DNA of 63,444 nucleotides, the filler included, from Choristocarpus tenellus KU-1152 (lineage: Eukaryota > Protista > Phaeophyceae), in assembly GCA_964200185.2 (NCBI GenBank). It is 8 parts of 8 records of this genome, joined end to end, with 100 filler letters (N's around TTAATTAATTAA, not from the genome) between each part and the next. Parts side by side here need not be neighbours in the genome. Positions count along the whole stretch, not along the records: positions 22,760 to 47,124 come from CAXNAD020000214.1; 7 more parts are not named here. One strand, 5' to 3'. Under the pieces are notes generated by a model, which saw only the letters and a program-made list of their open reading frames with translations, made no database searches and was not told where the DNA came from. Below, in pieces: positions 26,001 to 38,949 of the stretch. A program made the position numbers and the translations under genes. Numbering within the stretch: position 1 is the first letter of the stretch; every line of letters begins with the position of its first letter.

Positions 26001-29000
26001 GATACCAATGCCGAGAGCCACATTCTTTATTTGCTCTTTTGTGCGTCAGGTCTAGTTGAGGAGATAGGGCGCCTGCAGGTTGAGGTTGCTCAGGCAGAAG
26101 AAGCTGTACAAGGCTTCCAGCAGAAAAAGAAAGAATCCAGAGCTTGCCTGTGTGCAATTCAAAATGAGGTCAGAACACGATTATCAAGGAAATACCCTAT
26201 CCTCAATGCTACAAAGCATAACATAAACTTAAATGGAGATTGCCAATTGCAAATTTCCTCCTTTTCCTCCTTGACAATACACACATTATAGATCCGCCTT
26301 TGGCAGATGCAATACTTCAATGTAGTGCCACTTATGGTTAGCATTTTACACTTGGTGGACAACGTTTCGACTCAAATTCTCGCTTCCGTGTCCTCATGGC
26401 TGGCAATGACCACTGCATCAACTTAGGTGGAAATACTGGAGCAACAGATTGACGAACTTGAAACAAGTCTCAGTCAAGTTGAAAGAATGCTGGATGCAGT
26501 TGGCCAACAGACAGAGGGATCACAGGTAGCAGAGGCAGCAAGATCAGATGCCACTACTGCATTCAAGGAGAATTACAAGACAGGAAAAGACCGTGATTGT
26601 CAGCATATGAGTGAGGTAGATTCTGCAGAAACAACTCCTGGCTCAACTGGGAATAGTACTAACCCCAAAGATCCAAACACCTCTCATGAAGAGCGGCTAC
26701 TAGATGAACTGAGAGAAAGATTGCGGGTGACAATCGAGCAAATTCGTTGGGCAAATTCTAAGGACAAGGAAGTCAACCTAAAACTGGAGGAAGAGATAGT
26801 TCTAGCAACCTGTGAGCAGCTCTGCAGTATCACAGCAGTGTCACTGGAAACAAATTCAATGTCTAATGCAATTCAAATTGCAAGTGCTGCCCTGGATCTT
26901 GCAGCACTGCTGGATTCCGCAGATCTAGCTCTACAACAGAATTTTGACCAAGAATTCAGTCTTGATATGAGGCGCTGTACCAAGGTGGGCATTAGGTACT
27001 ACTATTAGGAGGAAAATCAAGGGCAATGAGTAGGACTTTGGTAGATATCTGACATAATCCAGTGTTCTTCTTTATACAGATGGATGTACTGATATTGACA
27101 TTGATGTTCATACCTGCCAAAAACGTTGTCCAAACCGATATGGGGCATTGGATTGAAGCTAAACCTGGAGCCATTGACAGAGAACGAGATGAGTAACACT
27201 CTAGCATTCGTGCAGCTAGGTCCCTTGCCGCTGTCATCATCAACTGGGTGTTACGTGGAGGGGAAATTTGAGGATGATGCGCTGTTCATTCATACATCAA
27301 AGGACAGAAGTAGTGTTGTGCTACTTGTTCAAGACGTGCAATGTGCACTTGCTCAAGCTCTGCTAGAGGTGAAGGGCGACTATATTCCCCAAGCAATGGC
27401 CAAGGACACCTTTGCTAGGCAAATCTTGATCCAGTGCATTCAGAATAAGCGTGTGATGCAAGGGTATGTCCGCCTGTCATGTGTTAACTCCATACTGCAG
27501 CTCCTTCAAGAAGCGAAAGTACTCAAGGAGGATGCTGTCAAGTACAAAGTTCATGAAACAGCAGAGGTTGAGATGACCCATTTTCTTCTCTTTGGGGGAG
27601 GGCTAAGTCCGACTGATGCACTAACCCTGTTCAAAGCATATGGAAGCGCAGTTATTTGCTCCTCAGAACCTCAAATCAACCCAGGACTAATTGGAAAGGA
27701 AGTCCCCCTTGGTCTTCTGCACGACTTGTCAAGCTTGCAGCTAGGGCCGGAAAAATTGCTAGACAAAGAAGGAATATCTATAGTCAGAGCAGTCATAGCA
27801 GCCGCTGCTGTAAGAGACATTAACAAAATCCTTTGCAACGAGAGCAGTTATTTGGCTCCTGAGTGCACTCGATATGGAGTGGAAGTAATGAATAAACTCT
27901 CGGAGGAAAGTCACAACTACAAAGTAGAGAATTCGGAAAATAAGGATCTCCATTCAGGGGGGAATTTATTGAAGAGTGCTCTCAGTTCTGTCAGAGCTTT
28001 CTTTATGGATGTTCAGATACAAGTACCAAACTGTGTGCCAGGAACAACTGCTTTCGACATCTTGACCGCACTATTCAGGGCCATGGATGGAAGGTAGGCA
28101 AAATGTTGGAGCCCGGTGACAAAATGTCTTTGCTATATATTCGTAGGACTCTTTACAGAAAATAATCCACAGCACACATGCTCCAGTGCTGAAGCTGCAA
28201 TATTATCCCTTCTGCAGGCATCATCCAAGTGTGGAAGGACTTTTTTGTGTACCAGACCTGAACCAAACAAAACGGTGAGCAGCAAAGGAGCATATCACTA
28301 TAAGGACAAATATACTTGCACACTGGTTGCCCTATTTAGCAATACTGTCAATTTTTCAGGTGCATTTCCGTTGATTTATGATAGCACAATGACATTCCAA
28401 TTGTATAAATTCTTCATTTGATATATGAAATTGCACTGTTGTCAAATACTAATTTGGCACCCACGAATACAACAAAATATTGTCCATCTAGGGAAGGGTA
28501 CACTGACTTTGTCCAAAATGCCTGACTAGGTGGACCGAATATGTAGAATTCGCCAAGTGCCAAGCAGTGGACGATACAACCAATGACTTGGAGGTGAAGG
28601 GCCTGAACAATGCAGATAGGACAGATAGCCAGGTGCGTCATTCTCACAATGTCAGAAACGGAAACTGTTGTGTCCAGGACATATATTCTCTTCAAGAAAA
28701 ATGTGCAATATTTGCCTTGCATTGTTCACAGTGTGGTTTACTGCCCTCCTAAAGTCCCTCATGCAAATCAATACCATTTGTCAGGCTCAATGATAGCAAT
28801 TTAAGCTACGGATTCAGCAAGGCTTGCGCCACGAGCTAAGTGCAATGTATGGTTGACCATCAACTGTTAAGGAATCGTTTGAATCATGTAGCCACAGTCT
28901 TGGTACTGCCTAGTGCTTCCCCCTTGCAGGATAGAACTGAATACATATGGCGCATCAGGTACAGGACCACTCCAAAGAGTTTTGACTTGACTTCTTTTTT

Positions 29001-32000
29001 TTTTTTTTTTTATGAGGAGTAATCTTGTCGAGGAGACACCGAGTAGGATGAGAGAGTCCTGCCCAACTCTAGCTTAGTAGATGTCACAAGAATGAAGGTA
29101 TTCATTAAATTGGCGCAACACTTGTTATAATGTTATCTTGTTATCAAATCAACCTGCAGGTTGGTTTGAATAAGAGATGCGCCAAGATCAGCAAATATGA
29201 TGATTTTCAGCAGGACTACAGTGATGATGATCCACAGGATGTGTTTATCGACCTCCAAAGACTTACTGTATCTAACCTGGAGAGAAAATGTACATCAACA
29301 TCAAAGTTGAAGGAAAGCTGGATGGTAGTACAGGTGATTGGATGGATACCTCGAGGTGTTGGTTGGATCTGTGTTGACATGTTTCATGCTAGATCTTTAC
29401 CTTCTGAATGCAATCAACAATGCTCAAGAAGGCAAGTAGAGGACTTTAAAGAATGCATCAAACACTGGGGGTGTTGACATGCCCAGGGAAAATCAGTTTA
29501 ACCCCAAATAATACAACCTGTGTGTGATTAAACCAACATTGTACCCTCTCTCATGGAACTCATCCAAGGTGTCTTTTTGACGGGGTGTGTTGTTTTGTCC
29601 TCATCTATAGTAGCAATCTCTCCCTCTCCTGAATCAGAAGAGGCTACAAAGGAAGCATGGAGGAGGGGAAATGGAAGAAGAAGCGTTTGAGCTAGCAATG
29701 GATGCACAGGTGAGAGTGACCAGTCATTGGATCATATCATGAACCAAAGTTGCATATGTGTTCATCCCAACACTGATATGCAGACTAAGAATTATATGGG
29801 TGTATTGTTCTTGTGTTTGAAATGCGCTAAACTAAACACTTATAATGTATCCTGTTGTCTATATTAATTTGTAATCTGTTCTATGCAGTATGAAGTATGT
29901 CATGGTGACTTGAAGGCACAACAGTGGTTATTCAAGATAGAATAAGGGGGAAAAAGTCCCGACAGTGGTGACCTGGTCGCCAGGGGATCTTATATGCTTC
30001 CCATGCAAACCCAACATAGGCACTAGATCAATTGGAGAGATGCGTGGCAGCAGCTTGTGATCATAACTCTTCCTATGACCACCATAAAGATAAGACCAGT
30101 GACACACAAATGACTGAGGAAGCACTGACACAACAGCTGAAGACATTGGGTACAGAGCTGGATAAGGTGAGAAAACACTGCCCCAAACTCTCAGAAATAC
30201 TATCACTGCTCACACCTGCACCTTATTGACCCAAAGCATTCAAGAGGGTATGAGTTTTTCTCTGTTTGTCCCTTCGCGGCTTGACTTCTCACGGGGGGGT
30301 TTTGCCCTTTTTCGGTTTTCTGTGTGAACACAGTTACCTAATATGTATACGACTATAAAGAGTGTGTCCAGAGCTAGGATATTGACCCGTGCAAACAAAC
30401 ACGATTGCCAAAATCATCAAATTTTCAACACTGGATTTATGATCCTAAACGGACGCGACCCAACCGTCTCAAATGCTTTGACTCATTTACCAGCATCAGT
30501 GTTGGCAAAAAAAATGTGCTTGGGTTCTATTACATGTACACTCCGGACTGTACCTAAAGCAGGGGGGTTTACACCTTAGAGCCAGATATCTGTAGTATTC
30601 CAAATGAACAGAAATAGGACACTGAGCCAAGACCAGTGCTCCAAGAAAAATTTCACTTGCGGAGAAATGTGCTAGACAAGTGTATTCTTTATTGGCTTGG
30701 TCCCGAAAAGGTGGGTTGGGCTAATGCATGACAAGTTGCCACACCTCACATTACAATAAATGATACTAGGATAAGAGGGTACGGCCTAAGCATGATAACC
30801 AACTTTTCAAGAAAATTTAATAGCTTACATATCAAACTAAAGCTAGTACAATGGATTTATATTCGTCTATGTCTCAACCCTGCTCTTAGTAGTACTATAG
30901 TCACTCTTGTTTACTACTTCAACGCCAATGTTATTTCCATTAGCATAGAAGAATGTGGGATGTAGTACATCCTTTCCTGGCAGTAGGGCTAATCCTCTGT
31001 CTTTTCATTCCTTTCAAGGTGGGGCATGAAGGGCAATCGAACATGATCTTGAAAAAGTCAACAAATCATCGGGCGGAAAATTTTATGATCAGGAATAATC
31101 CAAGGTTTTTCGGCATCCTTAACAAGGTGAGTGGTAGTTTTGTCTTGGATAGAAGCGTAGGTCCAATGGATAAAGCATTACACTGTTGTATTCACCAGGC
31201 CTGTCCAGTATGATCGCTAGCGTTTTCCTCCAAATATGACACGTGCCTGGCTAGTTCTGCAATCCATGTCTCCAAATATATTTGTGAATAGCCCAGTTTG
31301 GTACATAATAAAATATGTCTCAAGGCTTCCATAAATGGCAATGATATTTCTCATTTTCACTATCAGAAACACTTTCCCAGTTGACAGGTAGCGACAGACC
31401 TCCCTGTAGTGACTGACTTGCCAATTGACAGTAGTTGATTCCGAAATATTTAAGCATGCAACCATACTTAGGTCCACACTGAGGGAATCGATGTCGCTCA
31501 ACAGACGTCCCTGTAGTCAATGCTCTCTCAAGCGACAGATTTTGAAATTTTGTTTTAAATATCCGCTGCACTAACCTATCATATCAATGGCCCACCCCCA
31601 CCCATTTTCACGTTCAGGGAACAAGACTTCAGCCAGACTGCGAATCTGCAAGCAACAAGATTGGGGAAAGGTTTGATCGGGTGTTGAATATATCCTTCCC
31701 AACAAATTAGTTGGATCACAGTACAGATAACAGCACAAGGTAGTGCATTGCAATGACAACTCTATGCGTTACCAAAAAATATTAGGAAGACATTCTCTTC
31801 AGGTAATGATTGAGATTGATAAGAAAGGGGGTAACTAACACCAAGATTGTCCACTTCCTATTGGCTAGTTAGACCCAAGGGTAGTCCATAGTCTCCCTCA
31901 GATAGAAACTAATGAAACTACGACCAGGGCTAACTTATCAATTGCAAAGCGTGCTGATAATTGAGCAGGATGAGCCATTTGCAGTTGATGATTTTGGGAT

Positions 32001-35000
32001 ACATTTCATACATTTCATACGTTTTCACACTTTTTCACATTTGCTGGGTTCGTCACAATATTCAAACATGTAGGTCAGAGGAAGCCGAACAACCAGCCAT
32101 TTCAAGTCTTCCAGACCGCGATCACCTGGAACAACTGAACCTCAGGCTGGATAAGCGTATTGAAAGCCTTACTTTGGAGCTTTCTGAATGTCAAAGAACC
32201 ATCCCAGTGAAGGCTCAAGTCAGTAATGCCAACATTAGAAAGCATGAATAATATTATTTTTTTCCAAGGTCCAGACAAGGAAATCATGCGGTTTCTATTA
32301 TAAAAATAGGCTCCCCTATTGATGAAAAATACTTCATTGTCCCATATTCCCTACCCCCACAGTTCAATTTGATTTATAGTTGTCAAGATTGATCTTGTAC
32401 TTATCACTATTTCTGGCATTACTCCCAGGCTGTCGCAGATTTCAAGAGTAGGGATTAAGTCTACTCCAACACTTTCCAAATCTTTGATGTCGTTCTTTAC
32501 GAGTTTCCTCACTTCTCTCACACCCCCTCTAGTATTGGCAGCAATTCTTGCACCATCAAGGTAATACAAGTAGGTCAGCAAAATCGTTTTCAAAGAAAGG
32601 CTAATCAGACCTAAGGCTTGCATTTCAACATTGCACGCCTTGCCTTCCACAGGAAAAGGGCAAGGTTGGAAGTATGGCATCACCCACAAGAAATATGGGG
32701 AACAATCTCCTTCAGACGCAGGTTGTGAAGAATAATAATCCGGTCACCAATCTGTCAACAGAGGAGTGGGCATGCAAGTGAGCAATCCCTTCCCTTCACA
32801 TGGAAAAGTGCCAGAAACATGCTCACTATTTTGATCAACATCAATGTATTCAACCTGCTGTGACACATGTGACCATCATTGCTCATTTATATGTGAGGAA
32901 GAACTCCTTCACCTCTGAAGTAAGACATAATCCAGAGTGTATTCTTGTGAGAAAATGGATTGTTAACAGTTCTCGTTCATATCAAGAAACACTTGGAACA
33001 CACTGCATGAGATAAGCCTTGGAGTCAAACAACCAGCACTGTCCACCCAGAGAGCTGCTAATGTATACCTATTTCTCATGCTAAAGGAAAATCCGTGGAC
33101 TCCGCAATATTATTCAAGCAAAGAAAAAGTACAGTGCTAATCTTAGCTGCAAGTTCAAAGGAATACAGACAGGAAAACTCGACCCGCAGGTGGGCAGAGT
33201 AGTTACAGACGTCACTTTTTTTGTTTGGTTACAGTGCAGCAGTTACAGAGTAGTTACAGACCATGGATCGGTTTGTTTGGGAAACATCAGGTGTCTACCT
33301 GAGACCATTAGTACTCTTCTTGTTTTTTGTGATAATGACATTTCCTCCAATAACATGGTTGCTTGTCTAGAACTGACAAATAAAAATTCACATTAACTTC
33401 CCTAGAGGCATATTGGTAACAATTTAGGTAACTAGAGCACAGAACATATTTGAATACATTCCAATTTATTACATACATGTGTATTCATGAGTGCCTATCT
33501 AAGGAAATCCAGAACCCAACAACTTGGTACCCAGATGAGCGCTGAAGTCTTGTGGATGACCCAAGACCAACGTACTGAAATGGAGAACAGTTTGAGGAGT
33601 CTGGATCGCAGAATCCGAAAGGCATATCAGATGCTCAGCCAGACACGAAGCCAGTGGGACACCTTGAGCCCACATCACAAGAAAAATTACGAGTTTGCTA
33701 AGAAAGGGTGAGATAGATACTAGACAGAGGCACACTGATACACCAGTAGTTCACTTAAAGCATCCAATTTCCACAGGAGTTATGCAATACTTCACATAAA
33801 TTTGAACATTTCGTCTTCTAAACAGTGAAGTTAAATGTCAATCCTTCCAGCGAAATAGATTTCCAACTGATTCACCTCCCAAAAACGTGTATGAGTATGA
33901 TGCAGTAGACTGTGTTGCAAAATAATCCCTGCACCATTGTGCCCCTCTGCACTGTAAACTATTGACAATGCTTTCCAAGACTGATATCTCCTACAGCGTT
34001 GTATATTATGGAGAAAAATGTCCCAGCAATGACCATGGGTACCTACTGTGTGTTGCACAGCAAGTCTGTGAAGATGGGCATGGAGCTAGGAGGAGGTAGG
34101 CAGTATCCTCCAGCACCTCAAATGCCGAAGTTGGTCAACCATTCAGAAGCGGGTGATGCAGAGTACAAAGAGCAAAGCAATCCTATCAGAAGAATTATTG
34201 ACCTAGGCAATTCTGCTGACCCAGGAAAGTTTGCTGGAATCAGACAAATATTGGATAGTCCACCTCAGGTACACCCTAGTTTTTGGAAATATAATGGCAG
34301 TAGGTTTTTTCCGTGATATTGTGCGTGTAGGTAATGTTGGGAGGTTGGTAGATGATTGCATAATACAATAGGGTGATTTGCTTGCCCATTCCCAACCAGT
34401 GTTGATGTTTCTGGCTCTGACTTTGTCCTAAAGAAGACATTATAGGTCAAGGGAAGACATTGGTACATGAATACCACTAGGAGATGGTGTCTCAACTTAG
34501 CTCATCTTACGCATGCAATGAACAACATGGCGGTGGCACTTCAATGGGCTCAGTTACGTCTTATCTTCCCAATTTCGTAGCTGTAGAATCTCAAAATGCT
34601 GCTGCCAAAACTTGTTCAAGTGCATGCTCATGCAAGGCACTAGTGTCCTGGATCACATAGAAATGTAGTTAGCTCAACATTTTTTCCCTTTTGTTCTTTT
34701 TTTTTTAATGTGAAATATCCATGCCAGGCGAGCAAATATGACAAGGAGTACTTTGGTCTCGTTGTTGGAAGGTGCCAGTCATTCAAGCCACTGAAACCTC
34801 CTCAGAAGGCAACGAAGACAAATTACAGAAGGTAAAGATACTCAACTAAAACGTGTTGTGCTGTTGTTCGAGAGTTCATTATCTGCAATCCCCGCAAGAT
34901 CCTAAACGGGTGCTATGGAGCACTAAAGAACCTTTGCTATACTGTAACTGGTCAGTAGCAACAGCGCATACTCCAGAGGTGGACGATTTACATCAGCTCC

Positions 35001-35240
35001 ACTTTGTCACATCCCCCTACCGTTCTCTTGTCCCTGCAGGTTTGTCGAACGTTCCCATCAGATTCCACCAATTCCTGCTCAAAATGGGGGCAAATTGCTG
35101 CTCCCACATGCTATTTTTGGCGTGCATAAGATATTCTAGCACCTACGTGCTGTCTACGACGGTTTGAAATATGCCACTGACCAAATTCATTGCCATGTGA
35201 CATGTTGCTTAGGTCTCCTCCAGATATAGTTGTCAAGTAA
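23043..35240 (+). CDS. Large uncharacterised multi-exon coiled-coil protein (roughly 18 exons; 5' end uncertain)
   Basis: Series of + strand ag/gt-bounded exons with heptad E/Q/K/L-rich translations (EEKIVSLQNELAETEHQV; LVEEIGRLQVEVAQAEEAV; VEILEQQIDELETSLSQVE; LNLRLDKRIESLTLELSEC; MENSLRSLDRRIRKA). Long exons at 26427-26984 and ~27126-28094; final exon RSPPDIVVK-TAA at 35240. No domain recognised. Confidence 0.6.
25224..25481. mobile_element. MITE family B (258 bp), intronic
   Basis: TIRs GAGTGAAAGTATCTTGGAGGG / CCCTCTAAGGTGCTTTCACTC. Homologous to the copies at 41549 and 61435. Confidence 0.75.
32351..32730 (-). mobile_element. Degenerate non-LTR retrotransposon reverse transcriptase fragment in an intron
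   Basis: Translation EGDCSPYFLW...YLDGARIAA...DLESVGVDLIPTLEI loosely follows RT motifs QGDPLGP, YLDD and GLxLNxxK. The catalytic motif is decayed. Confidence 0.35.
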
Positions 35241-35996
35241 ACCAGAAGAAACTAAAAGTTTGGATGGTAACATCTGAGTGTGGAAGGGCTGTTGCAGGGA
35301 AACTGCATCCCACTGTTTCAGTGTGCTTATGGGCTATGATGCTGCTGCAAATGCTGTTTGTGATGCCACGCCTCCTGGCCCTCAATGTTACTCTGATAAT
35401 ATTGAAAACCAAAGTATAATCGCACTGGGCAGATCGTTTTCTTAATGCTGGAAGTACCAAAATCAGTTGGCTTTCATCAAACAGAGATCCACAAAGAAAG
35501 AGATAGCAATGTGTGAAGCAAGATCCTCTCAGCAAGTTCACCATCTCATTTGACAAGGGATATGCAACTTGTAGCGATGGAAGTAAGTACACAGTTTCTC
35601 CAACGGAATCCACAACTAGGTGGTAATTGTTGCGTACAAGGATCACACTAGAACAAGGTTTATTTATGTTTGTAAGTCCATTACTGTGTTCATCACAACA
35701 TCATTGGGAAAATGTGAAGCACAACTTGGACAAAATGTAGCTTTGCAACAATAGGTTCTGCTTCAGATTGCCAATACTCTCTGTAAAGCAAAAGGAACAT
35801 GAAAAAATGTGCTGCTCACCGTTCCCGACACTCACAAGCCCAAAATTACCACTGGTTTTCATACTTGGTGCTCCATATAATGGGCACTACGTCACCTCCT
35901 CTGCATTCTCTCCATGATATCTTATTTGCAAAGAACGACTTATCCACAAGACTGATAGGTGCAGAATTGTTGATAAACTATCAATGTAGTAATGGT

Positions 35997-38267
35997 TTAT
36001 CGCTGTCCTCGACCGGTCTTGAAACTGGATGCACTGAAGCCGGCTTGCATCTGGGTATTCTTGACAGCCTGCCTCAGAGATCTCTTTTTTTTTCTTACAA
36101 CATGATGAAGCACCTGGATGCGTTCCTCGATATCGTTCCTTTTTTTCACACTTGACGTACAATCACTCTCAACTCCACTTCCCCTTGTCTTGCCCATATG
36201 TGGAGGGTGAGACTGTTCCTCAAAACGAATCTTGCGAGTCTCCACATTTTTCTTAACCTTGTCAATACTCCTCAAATGAACTGTTGAATCCTGCACGCAG
36301 GAAACAGCAGAGTAGTGTTATTAGAAATAATTTGTGCTAGGATTATGGTGGTGCTAGTATGTACTACTCGAGGCTGGTCGTTTTTCGGCGGAAAGGGGCA
36401 AGTGAGCTTCATTCACAAAGTCTGTTGGATCTGTGGCAGAACAAAAAACTGCTGAGACTTTTTTCTATGCCAACATTGGAGGAATCAGTCAAATTAAAAA
36501 ATTAAAAAATCAGAAACTGCTCGGTATTGATTGTTCTGACGATAGAAATAAAGGCATTTACATACACGTTGGTCTATACTTTGCAATGAATACCTATATA
36601 GGATCTACGTCATATAATAGGGTACAAAAAAATGTGTCGTTGTAAGCCAGACCACTCAAATTATTGTATATTGTGATATATACATTTTACCCCAATTGAT
36701 TTCAGGCACATTTCAGATAGTAACTGGGACAAAAGAAGGATACACGCAAAATTTAGAATGAAGACAGACCGTTCATCTCCAGTGAAACAAGTCTAGATGG
36801 GTGTAATGTATGTATAGTTTAGATTAACTGTTCGCTGTATGAATTTGAATGTGCTGTAAGTTGGAAAAAACCATGACCCACAAGGTCAGAGGGAACAACA
36901 TCAATATTGAGAAACTGGAATGCAGCAATCACCTTCCAAAAGGAAATGAACCAACAAGTAAATAAGCTATTGTTCAAGAAACAGACTCTCAGTCATGGAT
37001 GTACACATCCTACCTGGATAACAATACATCAGAAATAAGATCATTGGACATTTCAAAGGTGGCGCCAAGAGAGTGTGTTGAACAAATCATTTGGCAGAGC
37101 CTCTCGGGTAAGAGGTTGGTATTGGGGTATGGAATAGTGAAGCCCACCATATATAGGGACCCCTAGAACATTCAGGACACAAACATCACATGTATCTCAT
37201 TGCCAACATCACAATAATGTCCAGATTCTCTCCAAATCTACCTAAGCAAAGCAATCACATAAGAGCAAGGAAATGAAAGCAAAAATGCAATTGCGGTTGT
37301 TACATTTTGCAGGCCCAACACTACTCTTGCAGCGTAACAGAGAGAGATAGGACTTTATTATGTCCAAACCATACGGGGAACCTCCCTTGTTGCAGGGCCG
37401 AAGCTGTGTGGTGGTCAGCATGAAGAAGCGCCTAACCAGTTCCAAGAGAGGTTTATAACTTATCCATCACATTATTTTTAATCTCTAAAGAAGTACAGCT
37501 GTACCATATACTTTGAAAGTTAGGTAAAGATGCTCACCCTCAAAGACCTTTGTTGTGCCACCTGGTGTCGTTCCTCCCAGTCCTTCAGGTATGGTTCAGG
37601 CAGTAGGACTGGGCGTGAAAGCTCGTCCTGTACAATAGCTTGAACCCATCTCGCCCGCTCCTACGAGTAGGTGCATAGCAAAGAACTTTAGGGCTTTGCC
37701 GTACTTGGTTCCTGAGTAATATCAACAAAGATAGTCATTATTTCTATAGAATTGCCTGTAGAGTGTATGCTTTGCACATAGGACAGCGTAACGAGAAACA
37801 CAATTGTTGCAATGAGAAAGATATAGAGCTCATTCCAAACGACCAGTAAATATGTTCTCAGATACTTACCGCTGAACGGTCGACTGAGAGCTGCAGCAGA
37901 AGGTCACGCTCTTGCATATGCTTACTGGTGCTGATCGCTTTCCTGGTCAAAGGGACTCGCAATATAAGACAAGTTCACAGTTTTGCTATTCGAACAAGGA
38001 CAGTGATAAATCTATTTGAAAATTTCCCCCTACGGCAGCACGTGCTAACACCCGTCACTAAGGGCCCTCTCGTCTCCCTTGTAGGCAAAGTTCGACCAAG
38101 CTCCGGTGACGAGCTACTGTATTGTAATGGATTGTCACTCGCCGAATGTTGTTCTCGTTGATGTGTTTTCGCCATTGGAGGTGAGAGAGTTGTTTGTATA
38201 TCTCAGTTAATCCATCTTCGTCTTCCGGGCTATAGTCACCCCCTGTTGGCGCAGAATTGTTCCTCAT
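35997..38267 (-). CDS. Uncharacterised protein, 4 exons (38143-38267, 37870-37942, 37538-37660, 35997-36290), first intron GC-AG; may extend 5' to ~38640
   Basis: Continuous reading frame MRNNSAPTGG...HINENNIR|KAISTSKHMQERDLLLQLSVDRSA|ERARWVQAIVQDELSRP...RSLR|DSTVHLRSIDKVKK...GQR-TAA with matching phases. The region is CpG-rich. Confidence 0.65.
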
Positions 38268-38949
38268 CCCCTCCGATGAGAATCTCTGAATGTGTGTGTG
38301 CGCTATCAACGAACTTGGAACCCACACCAAAACTATGTCGTTTCCAAAAAAAAAGATGTTGTGGTGTAGGGTTTTAAGTACTTTTCATATAACCACTTCA
38401 CACGCAACAGCGACAATTCTAGTTCCTTGCAGATATCAGACTGCATAAACAAGGCAAAGAATAAACACTCCACTCTTGCAATTTCAACCTGACAGCTGAT
38501 TTGACTATCCCAGGCGCGATACGGGGTATGGCGGGTTTCGGCAGTCGGAATGATGAAGGTCTCCTGCTCTCATCCGCCCTCTCCACTAGATTTGTTATGT
38601 TGCTCAGGGGGTGGTCATTCAAGTAGGAGGATAGTGACAAAAATGGTCAAAAGTATCCATATATATCGAATCAGCATGCGACTGACGATGAAAAGGGGAC
38701 TATCACGCTTGCCATACATGTAAGCAAAGGTGACACAGCCTTCAATAGTAGCTTCCATTCAAAGGTCAAATCATTTTGCCATTAACTAGCGTCTGCTATT
38801 ATTGTTGTTTATCTGCTAATCCTCTGGGCTCATTTTTCCTCAGGAAATCATGAAACTGGAGGATCTAAGTTGTCAATTGGTGACTTGTAATGCTAGGTAC
38901 TTGGGTGGTAAACCCTGTTCACACGAGGTGGAGAGTGGATGTGAATGGT

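Noticed and set aside
35233-35646. 137-aa minus-strand ORF
   Set aside because: No ATG, splice or motif support; lies between convergent 3' ends.
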